From contig NC_135805.1 in the NCBI RefSeq assembly GCF_964213995.1, forward strand, positions 146,072,001-146,136,000: a DNA stretch of 64,000 bases, given 5' to 3'. The DNA comes from Mustelus asterias (lineage: Eukaryota). Each line of letters opens with the position of its first letter. The first letter of the stretch is position 1. The position numbers were made by a program, and so were the translations under genes. Below, piece after piece: positions 1 to 13,557 of the stretch. The notes under the pieces are model-generated. The model saw only the letters and a list, made by a program, of their open reading frames with translations. It did not search any database and was not told the origin of the DNA.

Positions 1-3000
1 GTGTGTAAACCAGGGGTGTGTGTAAACCAGGGGAGTGTGTAAACCAGGGGAGTGTGTAAACCAGGGGAGTGTGTAAATCAGGGGTGTGTGTAAACCAGGG
101 GTGTGTGTAAACCAGGGGTGTGTGTAAACCAGGGGAGTGTGTAAACCTGGGGAGTGTGTAAACCAGGGGTGTGTGTAAACCAGGGGAGTGTCTAAACCAG
201 GGGAGTGTGTAAACCAGGGGTGTGTGTAAACCAGGGGAGTGTGTAAACCAGGGGTGTGTGTAAACCAGGGCAGTGTGTAAACCAGGGGAGTGTGTAAACC
301 AGGGGTGTGTGTAAACCAGGGGAGTGTGTAAACCAGGGGAGTGTGTAAACCAGGGGAGTGTGGAAACCAGGGGAGTGTCTAAACCAGGGGAGTGTGTAAA
401 CCAGGGGATTGTGTAAACCAGGGGTGTGTGTAAACCAGGGGAGTGTGTAAACCAGGGGAGTGTGTAAACCAGGGGTGTGTGTAAACCAGGGGAGTGTGTA
501 AACCAGGGGAGTGTGTAAACCAGGGGTGTGTGTAAACCAGGGGAGTGTGTAAACCAGGGGTGTGTGTAAACCAGGGGAGTGTGTAAACCAGGGGAGTGTG
601 TAAACCAGGGGTGTGTGTAAACCAGGGGTGTGGGTAAACCAGGGGTGTGTGTAAACCAGGGGTGTGGGTAAACCAGGGGTGTGTGTAAACCAGGGGAGTG
701 TGTAAACCAGGGGAGTGTGTAAACCAGGGGTGTGTGTAAACCAGGGGTGTGGGGAAACCAGGGGTGTGTGTAAACCAGGGGAGTGTGTAAACCAGGGGTG
801 TGTGTAAATCAGGGGAATGTGTAAACCAGGGGAGTGTGTAAACCAGGGGAATGTGTAAACCAGGGGAGTGTGTAAACCAGGGGAGTGTGTAAACCAGGGG
901 AGTGTGTAAACCAGGGGAGTGTGTAAACCAGGGCAGTGTGTAAACCAGGGGTGTGTGTAAACCAGGGGAGTGTGTAAACCAGGGGTGTGTGTAAACCAGG
1001 GGAGTGTGTAAACCAGGGGAGTGTGTAAACCAGGGGAATGTGTAAACCAGGGCAGTGTGTAAACCAGGGGTGTGTGTAAACCAGGGGAGTGTGTAAACCA
1101 GGGGAGTGTGTAAACCAGGGGTGTGTGTAAACCAGGGGAGTGTGTAAACCAGGGGTGTGTGTAAACCAGGGGAGTGTGTAAACCAGGGGAATGTGTAAAC
1201 CAGGGGAGTGTGTAAACCAGGGGTGTGTGTGTAAACCAGGGGAGTGTGTAAACCAGGGGAGTGTGTAAACCAGGGGTGTGTGTAAACCAGGGGAGTGTTT
1301 AAACCAGGGGAGTGTGTAAACCAGGGGAGTGTGTAAACCAGGGGTGTGTGTGTAAACCAGGGGAGTGTGTAAACCAGGGGAGTGTGTAAACCAGGGGTGT
1401 GTGTGTAAACCAGGGGAGTGTGTAAACCAGGGGAGTGTGTAAACCAGGGGTGTGTGTAAACCAGGGGAGTGTGTAAACCAGGGGAGTGTGTAAACCAGGG
1501 GAGTGTGTAAACCAGGGGTGTGTGTGTAAACCAGGGGTGTGTGAACCAGGGGAGTGTGTAAACCAGGGGAGTGTGTAAACCAGGGGAGTGTGTAAACCAG
1601 GGGAGTGTGTAAACCAGGGGTGTGTGTGTAAACCAGGGGAGTGTGTAAACCAGGGGAGTGTGTAAACCAGGGGTGTGTGTGTAAACCAGGGGAGTGTGTA
1701 AACCAGGGGAGTGTGTAAACCAGGGGTGTGTGAACCAGGGGAGTGTGTAAACCAGGGGAGTGTGTAAACCAGGGGAGTGTGTAAACCAGGGGAGTGTGTA
1801 AACCAGGGGTGTGTGAACCAGGGGAGTGTGTAAACCAGGGGAGTGTGTAAACCAGGGGAGTGTGTAAACCAGGGGTGTGTGAACCAGGGGAGTGTGTAAA
1901 CCAGGGGAGTGTGTAAACCAGGGGAGTGTGTAAACCAGGGGTGTGTGAACCAGGGGAGTGTGTAAACCAGGGGAGTGTGTAAACCAGGGGAGTGTGTAAA
2001 CCAGGGGTGTGTGTAAACCAGGGGTGTGTGAACCAGGGGAGTGTGTAAACCAGGGGAGTGTGTAAACCAGGGGAGTGAGTAAACCAGGGGAGTGTGTAAA
2101 CCAGGGGTGTGTGTAAACCAGGGGAGTGTGTAAACCAGGGGTGTGTGTAAACCAGGGGAGTGTGTAAACCAGGGGTGTGTGCAAACCAGGGGAGTGTGTA
2201 AACCAGGGGTGTGTGTAAACCAGGGGAATGTGTAAACCAGGGGAGTGTGTAAACCAGGGGAGTGAGTAAACCAGGGGAGTGAGTAAACCAGGGGAGTGTG
2301 TAAACCAGGGGTGTGTGAACCAGGGGAGTGTGTAAACCAGGGGAGTGTGTAAACCAGGGGAGTGTGTAAACCAGGGGAGTGAGTAAACCAGGGGAGTGAG
2401 TAAACCAGGGGAGTGTGTAAACCAGGGGTGTGTGAACCAGGGGAGTGTGTAAACCAGGGGAGTGTGTAAACCAGGGGAGTGTGTAAACCAGGGGAGTGAG
2501 TAAACCAGGGGAGTGTGTAAACCAGGGGTGTGTGTAAACCAGGGGAGTGTGTAAACCAGGGGTGTGTGTAAACCAGGGGAGTGTGTAAACCAGGGGTGTG
2601 TGCAAACCAGGGGAGTGTGTAAACCAGGGGTGTGTGTAAACCAGGGGAATGTGTAAACCAGGGGAGTGTGTAAACCAGGGGAGTGTGTAAACCAGGGGAG
2701 TGTGTAAACCAGGGGTGTGTGTAAACCAGGGGTGTGTGTAAACCAGGGGAATGTGTAAACCAGGGGAGTGTGTAAACCAGGGGAGTGTGTAAACCAGGGG
2801 AATGTGTAAACCAGGGGAGTGTGTAAACCAGGGGAGTGTGTAAACCAGGGGAGTGTGCAAACCAGGGGAGTGTGTAAACCAGGGGATTGTGTAAACCAGG
2901 GGAGTGTGTAAACCAGGGGAGTGTGTAAATCAGGGGAGTGTGTAAACCAGGGGAATGTGTAAACCAGGGGAGTGTGTAAACCAGGGGAGTGTGTAAACCA

Positions 3001-5788
3001 GGGGAATGTGTAAACCAGGGGAGTGTGTAAACCAGGGGAGTGTGTAAACCAGGGGTGTGTGTAAACCAGGGGAGTGTGTAAACCAGGGGAGTGTGTAAAC
3101 CAGGGGAGTGTGTAAACCAGGGGATTGTGTAAACCAGGGGTGTGGGTAAACCAGGGGAGTGTGTAAACCAGGGGTGTGTGTAAACCAGGGGTGTGTGTAA
3201 ACCAGGGGAGTGTGTAAACCAGGGGAGTGTGTAAACCAGGGGTGTGGGTAAACCAGGGGAATGTGTAAACCAGGGGTGTGTGTAAACCAGGGGAGTGTGT
3301 AAACCAGGGGAGTGTGTAAACCAGGGGTGTGGGTAAACCAGGGGAATGTGTAAACCAGGGGTGTGGGTAAACCAGGGGTGTGTGTAAACCAGGGCAGTGT
3401 GTAAACCAGGGGAGTGTGTAAACCAGGGGTGTGTGTAAACCAGGGGTGTGTGTAAACCAGGGGTGTGTGTAAACCAGGGGAGTGTGTAAACCAGGGGTGT
3501 GTGTAAACCAGGGGAATGTGTAAACCAGGGGAGTGTGTAAACCAGGGCAGTGTGTAAACCAGGGGAGTGTGTAAACCAGGGGAGTGTGTAAACCAGGGGA
3601 GTGTGTAAACCAGGGGAGTGTGTAAACCAGGGGAGTGTGTAAACCAGGGGATTGTGTAAACCAGGGGAGTGTGTAAACCAGGGCAGTGTGTAAACCAGGG
3701 GAGTGAGTAAACCAGGGGAGTGTGTAAACCAGGGGTGTGTGTAAACCAGGGGAGTGAGTAAACCAGGGGAATGTGCAAACCAGGGGAATGTGTAAACCAG
3801 GGGAGTGTGTAAACCAGGGGTGTGTGTAAACCAGGGGAATGTGTAAACCAGGGGTGTGTGTAAACCAGGGGAATGTGTAAACCAGGGGTGTGTGTAAACC
3901 AGGGGAATGTGTAAACCAGGGGAGTGTGTAAACCAGGGGAGTGTGTAAACCAGGGGAATGTGTAAACCAGGGGAGTGTGTAAACCAGGGGTGTGTGTAAA
4001 CCAGGGGAGTGAGTAAACCAGGGGAATGTGCAAACCAGGGGAGTGTGTAAACCAGGGGAGTGTGTAAACCAGGGGAGTGAGAAAACCAGGGGAGTGTGTA
4101 AACCAGGGGAGTGTGTAAACCAGGGGAGTGTGTAAACCAGGGGAGTGAGAAAACCAGGGGTGTGTGTAAACCAGGGCAGTGTGTAAACCAGGGGAGTGTG
4201 TAAACCAGGGGAGTGAGAAAACCAGGGGAGTGTGTAAACCAGGGCAGTGTGTAAACCAGGGGAGTGAGTAAACCAGGGGAGTGAGTAAACCAGGGGTGTG
4301 TGTAAACCAGGGGTGTGTGTAAACCAGGGGAGTGAGTAAACCAGGGGAGTGTGTAAACCAGGGGAATGTGTAAACCAGGGGAGTGTGTAAACCAGGGGTG
4401 TGTGTAAACCAGGGGAATGTGTAAACCAGGAGAGTGTGTAAACCAGGGGAATGTGTAAACCAGGGGAGTGTGTAAACCAGGGGATTGTGTAAACCAGGGG
4501 AGTGTGTAAACCAGGGGTGTGTGTAAACCAGGGGAGTGTGTAAACCAGGGGATTGTGTAAACCAGGGGAGTGTGTAAACCAGGGGAATGTGTAAACCAGG
4601 GGTGTGTGTAAACCAGGGGTGTGTGTAAACCAGGGGAGTGTGTAAACCAGGGGTGTGTGTAAACCAGGGGAGTGAGTAAACCAGGGGAATGTGCAAACCA
4701 GGGGAGTGTGTAAACCAGGGGAGTGTGTAAACCAGGGGAGTGTGTAAACCAGGGGAATGTGCAAACCAGGGGAGTGTGTAAACCAGGGGAGTGTGTAAAC
4801 CAGGGGAGTGAGAAAACCAGGGGTGTGTGTAAACCAGGGGAGTGTGTAAACCAGGGGGGTGTGTAAACCAGGGGAGTGTGTAAACCAGGGGAGTGTGTAA
4901 ACCAGGGGAGTGTGTAAACCAGGGGAGTGTGTAAACCAGGGGAGTGTGTAAACCAGGGGTATGTGTAAACCAGGGGAGTGTGTAAACCAGGGGAGTGAGT
5001 AAACCTGGGGAGTGTGTAAACCAGGGGAGTGTGTAAACCAGGGGTATGTGTAAACCAGGGGAGTGTGTAAACCAGGGGAGTGAGTAAACCTGGGGAGTGT
5101 GTAAACCAGGGGAGTGTGTAAACCAGGGGAGTGTGTAAACCAGGGGAGTGTGTAAACCAGGGGTGTGTGTAAACCAGGGGAGTGAGTAAACCAGGGGAGT
5201 GTGTAAACCAGGGGAGTGTGTAAACCAGGGGTGTGTGTAAACCAGGGGAGTGTGTAAACCAGGGGAGTGAGTAAACCAGGGGAGTGTGTAAACCAGGGGA
5301 GTGTGTAAACCAGGGGAGTGAGTAAACCAGGGGAGTGAGTAAACCAGGGGAGTGTGTAAACCAGGGGAGTGAGTAAACCAGGGGAGTGAGTAAACCAGGG
5401 GAGTGTGTAAACCAGGGGAGTGAGTAAACCAGGGGTGTGTGTAAACCAGGGGAGTGTGTAAACCAGGGGTGTGTGTAAACCAGGGGAGTGTGTAAACCAG
5501 GGGAGTGAGTAAACCAGGGGAGTGAGTAAACCAGGGGAGTGTGTAAACCAGGGGAGTGAGTAAACCAGGGGAGTGAGTAAACCAGGGGAGTGAGTAAACC
5601 AGGGGAGTGAGTAAACCAGGGGAGTGTGTAAACCAGGGGAGTGTGTAAACCAGGGGAGTGAGTAAACCAGGGGAGTGAGTAAACCAGGGGAGTGAGTAAA
5701 CCAGGGGAGTGTGTAAACCAGGGGAGTGTGTAAACCAGGGGAGTGTGTAAATCAGGGGAGTGTATTAACCCAGGAGAGTGTGCAAACC
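1..5788. repeat. 17-bp tandem satellite, consensus GTGTGTAAACCAGGGGA (array runs off the window start)
   Basis: Direct periodicity with variants GGGGT/GGGGA, GAATGT, GAGTGAG and occasional 15- or 19-bp units. Confidence 0.99.
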
Positions 5789-6918
5789 TAGATAACAAGT
5801 ACACCTATGTCAGACTCTTATTTATTGCCTCCAGCTCAGCCTTCAACACAATTATTCCCACAAAACTCATCTCCAAACTCCGTGGCCTGGGCCTCGGAAC
5901 TTCCCTCTGTGACTGGATCCTGAACTTCCTAACTCACAGACCACAGTCAGTAAGGATTGGCAAGAACACCTCGTCCACGATCATCTTCAACACCAGCGCC
6001 CCACAAGGCTGTGTTTTCAGCCCCCTACTATACTCCTTATATACCAAATTCTCCTCCAATTCGATTTTCAAGTTTGCTGACGACACCAGCGTAGTGGGTC
6101 GGATCTCAAACAATGATGAGACAGAGTACAGGAATGAGATGGAGAATCTGGTGAACTGGCGCAGCAACAATAATCTCCTCCTCAATGTCAACAAAATGAA
6201 GGAGATTGTCATCGACTTCAGGAAGTGTAAAGGAGTACGTGCCCCAGTCTACATCAACGGGGATGAAGTAGAAAAGGTCGAGAGCTTCACATTTTTAGGT
6301 GTCCAGATCACCAACAACCTGTCCTGGTCCCCCCATGCTGACACTATAGTTAAGAAAGCCCACCAACGCCTCTACTTTCTCAGAAGACTAAGGGAATTTG
6401 GCATGTCAGCTACTAATCTCACTAACTTTTACAGATGTACCATAGAAAGCATTCTTTCTGGTTGTATCACAGCTTGGTATGGGCTCCTGCTCTGCCCAAG
6501 ACCGCAAGGAACTACAAAAGGTCATGAATGTAGCCCAATCCATCGCACAAAATAACCTCCCATCCATTGACTCTGTCTATAGTTCCTGCTGCTTCGGCAA
6601 AGCAGCCAGCATAATTACGGACGCCATGCATCCCAGACATTCGCTATTCCACCATCTTCCTTCGGGAAAAATATACAACCGAATCATGTACCAACTGACT
6701 CAAGAACAGCTTCTTCCCTGTTCCTGTCAGACTTTTGAATGGACTTACATTGCATTAAGTTGTTCTTTCTCTACATCCTAGATATGATTGTAACACTACA
6801 ATCTGCACTCTCTCATTTCCTTCTCCATGAACGGTATGTTTTGTCTGTAGAGTGCACAAGAAACAATACTTTTCACTGTATGTTAATACATGTGACAATA
6901 GTAAATCAAATCAAATCA
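5789..6918 (+). mobile_element. 5'-truncated Rex1/Babar-type LINE (RT domain and 3' UTR) inserted in the satellite
   Basis: ORF 5743-6555 contains [30 protein letters not shown] and KFADD. It frameshifts near 6480 and ends in an (AAATC)n tail. Confidence 0.85.
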
Positions 6919-7333
6919 AAACCAGGGGAGTGTGCAAACGAGGGGAGCATGGAAACTTGGGGAGTGGACAAACCTGGGGACTGTGTGAACCAGGGGAGTG
7001 CGCAAACCCAGCAGTGCGCAAACCCAGGGAGTGCATGAACCAGGGAAGCGCATAAACCAGGGGAGCATGCAAACCAGGGGAGTGTGTAAATCAAGGGAAT
7101 GCACAAACCAGGGGAGTGCACAAACCAGGGGAGTGCACAAACTTGGGGAGTGCGTAAACCTGGGGAGTGCGCAAACCTGGGTAGTGCGCAACCAGGGGAC
7201 TGCGCAAACCAGGGGAATGCACAAATGAGAGGAGTGTGCAAACCAGGGGAGTGTGCAAACCAGAGAGGTACACAAACCAGGGAGGTGCATATATCAGGGG
7301 AATGCGTATACCAGGGGAGCGTGTGGACCAAGG
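6919..7333. repeat. Degenerate distal continuation of the 17-bp satellite
   Basis: Diverged GTGCAAACCAGGGGA-like units at about 17-bp spacing. Confidence 0.9.
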
Positions 7334-7458
7334 TGATTTACCTATTCATTCAATTTAGAATTGGAAAAGGGTGAAAATTCAGTCAACTGATAAAGTTCTT
7401 GTTTGGAGAATCTCTGGATTTGACGGGATGGGTGATAGTGTGATAACAAACACACCGT

Positions 7459-7765
7459 GGGTGGCACAGTGGCCTCACGGCGCCAGGGACCTGGGTTCGA
7501 TTCCTGGCTTGGGTCACTGTCTGTGTGGAGTTTGTGCTTTCTCCCCATGTCTGCGTGGATTTCCCCCAGCTCTGGTTTCCTCGCACAGTCCACTGATGTG
7601 CAGGTTAGGTGAATTGGCCATGCTGAGTTGTCCCTCAGTGCTAGCCGAACAGGCGCCAGACTGTGGCGACTCGGGGATTTTCACAATCACTTCATTGTAG
7701 TGTGAATGTAAGCCTCCTTGTGACTAATAAATAAATAAACTTTACTTTAAATAAACTTTACTTTA
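7459..7765 (+). mobile_element. tRNA-derived V-SINE (HE1-like head and core) with (AATA)n tail
   Basis: GGTGGCACAGTGG...GGTTCGATTCC box A/B-like head and the TGTCTGTGTGGAGTTTG...CAGGTTAGGTGAATTGGCCATGCT core. Confidence 0.8.
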
Positions 7766-9399
7766 ACAAGCTGCAGGGAATGACTGCAAATTGAATATCT
7801 GTCTCCCCCAACAACTAAGGACCCCACACCAACCCCTGTGGTACACCACTGAACACAGGCTTCTAGTCACAGCAACAAGCTCAGACTATCACCCTCTGCC
7901 TCCTGCCCGAAGTCAATCTTGGATCCACACTGCCCAGTGTCACTCAGTGAGGGGAGTGGGCTTCGCTTCAGCAGCTTTGGGAGACATCAGCGTCCCCACA
8001 AGTAAGAGGTGAGTCTGTGTTAAGGTGAGGCCAGTGCAGCCTCCATGGAATTCAGATCAAAAAGGTAAGAGACATGGGGTACTGGGCAGTTTGGATCCAA
8101 GATTGACTTCGGGCAGGAGGCAGAGGGTGATAATCTGAGCTTGTTGCTGTGACTCGAAGCCTGTGTTCAGTGGTGCACCACAGGGGTTGGTGTGGGATCC
8201 TTAGTTGTTTGTAGTGAACTTTAATGATCTGGACATGAATGGTGTTACGATGCGGAGGTGATGTTTCCCTCTGCGCAATTTTGGAAGCCCCTCCCCCTCC
8301 CGAAAAGGGATGTACTTCACCTCGTATTCTTAAGGAAGTGTGCGAGAGATGGTATGAAGCTACTGGTTTTGGTACCTTGAAGCAGGATCTGCCACACTCT
8401 ATCATGAACAATTAACAGATCTTTATTTTAGTACTGGGGACAAGCTTATTAAAATAATTAGCAAACTGAATAAATTCCCCAATAGAATGCTATTCCAATT
8501 ACAAGACTCATTCAGGACTAGTGCAGAATATAGTCACTCTCAAATAATATAATAATAGGCGTCAGTTGGAAGTATGAACTTTCTTCTGATGCTTTGGTCT
8601 GGAATGCTTTCTGAGTTGGTTTCTCCCAGTTAGATGGTGATTTGATGAAGCTATATATATTACTGCAGGATTTCATTTGAGAGACTCGCCGTTCCCTCCT
8701 TCAATCTAAAGTGGTGGCAAGGTTGCTCTAACTGTCATCTCCCCTTGTCTGGGTTTAAATACCTGGAATTACCTCACAGTATTCCTGTGACTTGAGTGGC
8801 TTAAGGTTGTCAACAAACCTTACATTTGAATTCCATTGGTTCTGTGCCTCAGCGTGTTTGCCTTGAACCCATTGGTTCAATTGAAAAGCTTGTTTTGCTT
8901 CGCTGGAACTCTGGCTGCTGCTTTGGATACAAGTGTTGCTTCTGCAGCCTGCTTCCTGCAGTTTAAAATCCGAAGCATAAAGACACATGCTTTTTAAAGA
9001 GACAATGCTATGTGATTTATTTTGGTTTCCTGAGCATTTCTTTTCAATATTTACATTTGTAAAACACCACATTTTTAACCTTATATATCCAACTTCAAAG
9101 CAATGGGGGGGCGGTGGGGATGCGATGATCAGTAATTTTACAAATGGCATGAAAATTAGCGCAGCAGTCTTAGATTACAGGATGATATAGATGGGCTGGT
9201 CAGATGGGCAAAACAGTGGCAAGTGGAATTTAACCCTGAATTTTGAATAAATAATACACAATGAATAGTAGAACGTCCGCACGTACGGAAGACCAGAGGG
9301 ACCTGTGGGTTCATGCTACAAGATCCCAGAAGGCAGCAGGACAGATACAGAGGTGGATAAGTAAGCAAATGGAACACCTGCTTTTATTTGCTGAGGCAT

Positions 9400-9773
9400 A
9401 GAATCCCTACGGTGCAGAAGGAAGCCATTCAGCCCATCTAGCCTGCACTGGCAACAACCCCAGCCAGGCTCTATCCCTGTAACCCCACACAAAGGGGCAA
9501 TTTAGCATGGCCAATCAACCTAACCTGCACATCTTTGGACTGTGGGAGAAAGGCCATGTAGACACGGGGGAAACGTACAAATTGCACACAGACAGTGACC
9601 CGAGACCAGAATTGAACCCGGGTCCATGGCATTGTCAGTAGTAGAATCCCTACAGTGCAGGGAGAGGTCATTGAGCCCATCGAGCCTGCACCGACAACAA
9701 TCCCACCCAGGCCCTTTCCCCGTAACCCCATGTATTCATTCTGCAAATCTCCCTGACATTAAGGGTCAATTTA
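9400..9773 (-). mobile_element. Two adjacent HE1-like SINEs. The second is split by a CR1 and resumes at 10498-10680
   Basis: Reverse-complement V-SINE core. The uninterrupted version lies at about 35810-36366. Confidence 0.75.
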
Positions 9774-10497
9774 AAGAACAAAGAACAGTACAGCACAGGA
9801 AACAGGCCCTTCGGCCCTCCAAGCCTGTGCCACTCCTTGGTCCGACTAGACCAATCGTTTGTATCCCTCCATTCCCAGGCTGCTCATGTGACTATCCAGG
9901 TAAGTCTTAAACGATATCAGCGTGTCTGCCTCCACCACCCTACTTGGCAGTGCATTCCAGGCCCCCACCACCCTCTGTGTAAAAAATATCCCTCTAATAT
10001 CTGAGTTATACTTCGCCCCTCTCACCTTGAGCCCATGACACCTCGTGATCGTCACTTCTGATCTGGGAAAAAGCTTCCCACCATTCACCCTATTTATCCC
10101 CTTCATAATCTTGTACACCTCCATTAGGTCTCCCCTCACTCCCCGTCTTTCCAGGGAGAACAACCCCAGTCTACCCAATCTCTCCTCATAGCTAAGACCC
10201 TCCATACGAGGCAACATCCTGGTAAACCTTCTCTGCACTCTCTCTAACGCCTTCACGTCCTTCTGGTAGTGCGGCGACCAGAACTGGACGCAGTACTCCA
10301 AATGTGGCCTAACCAGCATTCTATACAGCTGCATCATCAGACTCCAACTTTTATACTCTATGCCCTGTCCTATAAAGGCAAGCATACCATATGCCTTCTT
10401 CACCACCTTCTCCACCTGTGTTGCCACCTTCAAGGATTTGTGGACTTGCACACCTAGGTCCCTCTGTGTTTCTATACTCTTGATGGCTCTGCCAACA
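9774..10497 (-). mobile_element. CR1-type LINE 3' fragment, present in copy A only
   Basis: ORF 9846-10451 has LVRPHLEYCVQFWSP...FFTQRVVGAWN and a TTCTTTG-type tail. The empty site is at about 36185. Confidence 0.92.
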
Positions 10498-10699
10498 TAG
10501 CATGGTCAATCCACCTAACCCGCACATCTTTGGAATGTGGGAGGAAACCGGAGCACCCGAAGGAAACCCACACAGATATGGTAAGAATGTTCAAACTCCA
10601 CACAGATAGTGAACCAAGGCCGGAATTGAACTCAGGTCCCTGGTGCTGTGATACTGCAGTGCTAGACACTGTGCCACCCAATGTATGATGTGGAGATCA

Positions 10700-11240
10700 C
10701 CCAACAATGTACACATTGGGAGATTAGCTTGGAAGTGTACAATGCTGGTTTGGTCACACCTGGAGTACTGCACACAGTTTTGGTCACCACACTATCGGAA
10801 GGATGTAATTACAGCAGAAAATATTGCGAGGAGATTCACCAGGAGGTTGCCTATACTGGTGCATTTCTGCTGTGAAATGAGGCTGGATCAGCTGGGGTTG
10901 CTTTCCTTAGAGCAGAGAAGGCTGAACAGGGTAAAACTTCAAGGTGTGCAAAATTATGAAGGACATACATAGGAGAGATAGAAGGAATATTTTCCCTGAG
11001 TAGATGGGTCAATAATAAGTGTTAAAGATTTAAGTTAAGGAGAAGGTGATTCAGAGGGGCTGGTGGAGAAAGTAAACCTCACAACATTTAAGAAGCATTT
11101 AGACAAGTACCTGAAATACCATAGCAAGCAAGGCAATGGAGCAGGGGCTGTAAAATGGGATTAGAATAGGCAGGCGCCTGATGGCTGGTGCAGACACGAT
11201 GGGCCGAAGGGCATTGAGCTGTTCTATAAAACTCTAACTT
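10700..11240 (+). mobile_element. Old degenerate CR1 3' fragment
   Basis: HLEYCTQFWSPHYRKDV motif and GGGCCGAAGGGC 3' end. Confidence 0.7.
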
Positions 11241-11630
11241 TCTGACTATGACTTGTTTCCCACTGCACAGTTAGTTAAAAGAAAGCTGCAAATTTAAATC
11301 TGGCCCTTGCTGAAATCTCGGCCTGATCTGGATAGTCCATATGAAGCAGCAGTATGCTGGAAAGACTGATTCTCAATCCCACCCATCAAAGAATATCAGA
11401 TGAAGCAGGAGCTGATTGCTGTGGCACTGTGATGGGCTCAGATACTGATGTGTAATTGGTTTTACTATTATGATTAATTCTTTGATCACTTTTCTGCCTT
11501 CGAGCTTGCCTATTCTTCAGAGTTAGGAGCTCTGGAAGGAAAAAAATGACAAAAGATTGCTGAAGCAGATGCTACCTTGAAAGAAGGACAAGTGCAGGGA
11601 GCTGGTTCCAACACACAGCAGGTAGGGTGT

Positions 11631-13126
11631 AAGAACATAAGAACATAAGAAATAGGAGCAGGAGTAGGCCATCTAGCCCGTTGAGCCTGCCCCGCCATTC
11701 AATAAGATCATGGCTGATCTGAAGTGAATCAGTTCCACTTACCCGCCTGATCCCTATAACCCCTAATTCACCTACCGATCAGAAATCCATCTATCCGTGA
11801 CTTAAACATATTCAACGAGGTAGCCTCCACCACTTCAGTGGGCAGAGAATTCCAGAGATTCACCACCTTCTGAGAGAAGAAGTTCCTCCTCAACTCTGTC
11901 CTAAACTGACCCCCCTTTATTTTGAGGCTGTGCCTCTAGTTCTGGTTTCCTTTCTAAGTGGAAAGAATCTCTCCACTTCTACCCTATCCAGCCCCTTCAT
12001 TATTTTATATGCCTCTATAAGATCACCCCTCAGCATTCTAAACTCCAACGAGTACAAACCTAATCTGCGCAATCTCTCTTCATAATCTACACCCCTCATC
12101 TCCGGTATCAACCTGGTGAACCTTCTCTGCACTCCCTCCAAGGCCAATATATCCTTTCGCAAGTAAGGGGACCAAAACTGCACACAGTATTCCAGCTGCG
12201 GCCTCACCAATGCCTTGCACAGATGCAGCAAGACTTCTCTGCTTTTATATTCTATCCCCCTCGTGATAAATGCCAACATCCCATTTGCCTTCTTGATCAC
12301 CTGTTGTACTTGCAGACTGAGTTTTTACGACTCATGCACAAGGACCCCCAGGTCCCTTTGCACAGTAGCATGTTGTAACTTTTTTCCATTTAAATAATAA
12401 TCCGATTTGCTATTATTTCTTCCAAAGTGAATAACCTCGCATTTGCCAACATTATACTCCATCTGCCAGATCCTCGCCCACTCACTCAGCCTATTCAAAT
12501 CTCTCTGCAGACCTTCCGCTTCCTCCATGCAATTCACTTTTCCACTTATCTTTGTGTCGTCAGCAAACTTTGTTACCCTACACAAAGTCCCCTCCTCCAG
12601 ATCATCTATGTAAATAGTAAACAGTTGAGGCCCCAGTACCGATCCCTGCGGCACGCCACTAGTCACCATCTGCCAACCAGAAAAGCACCCATTTATTCCA
12701 ACTCTCTGCTTCCTGTTGGATAGCCAATCCCCAATCCACGCTAACACCCTACCCCCAACTCCGTGTGCCCCAATCTTCTGCAGCAACTTTTTGTGAGGCA
12801 ACTTATCGAATGCCTTTTGGAAATCCAAAAACGCCACATCTACCAGTTCCCCTCCATCAACCACACGAGTCACATCTTCATAAAAATCCAGTAAGTTCGT
12901 CAAACATGACTTTCCTCTCATGAATCCATGCTGCGTCTGCTTGATCGAACCATTCTTATCCAGATGGCCTGCTATTTCTTCCTTAATGATGGATTCCAGC
13001 ATTTTCCCAACGACAGACGTTAAGCTAACCGGCCTGTAGTTACCCGTCTTTTGTCTACTTCCTTTTTTAAACAGTGGCGTAACAGTAGCCATTTTCCAAT
13101 CAGCTGGCATGACCCCAGAGTCCAGT
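11631..13126 (-). mobile_element. 5'-truncated CR1 LINE (RT domain), present in copy A only
   Basis: ORFs 12325-13140 ([29 protein letters not shown]) and 11917-12300. Empty site GGTAGGGTGT|GACTCAC at about 38914. Confidence 0.95.
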
Positions 13127-13557
13127 GACTCACAAAGCACAGCGATGCGACCAGATCATTAGATCCATAGTAAATGGGAAAATATAATTACAGACTATTT
13201 TGCACTTCAGGGAAAGCTGAAAGAAAGGACAAATGAAACGCAAAGGCTCTCATTTACACAGGAAATATTGAAGCCAAATGAATCTGTAATGGACACAATA
13301 GAGAAATACAAAGTAACCGTGTAGGATTATTCCTGCTTTCATACACAGTACCATGTCTGAGAGATCCAGAATGTAAATAATATTTATATACAGTAGCAGA
13401 CATATATGAATCAGGCACACATGCACCTGGGTAATGACTGATGAATGTGGAACTAATGTAGAACTAAACTCACACTCACTTCCAGGCACTGAAAGTTTCA
13501 CAATGTAACTTTCACCTGTAATGTTGGAGACTTCAACGCATAATAGATCACAACATT

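Noticed and set aside
1-5788. Telomeric repeat interpretation
   Set aside because: There is no TTAGGG array, and the same unit recurs internally at 32.1-33.6 kb.
379-5804. ORFs of 588-1501 aa ([17 protein letters not shown] repeats)
   Set aside because: They are translations of the 17-bp satellite. The minus strand is almost stop-free in all three frames and gives the same 17-aa period.
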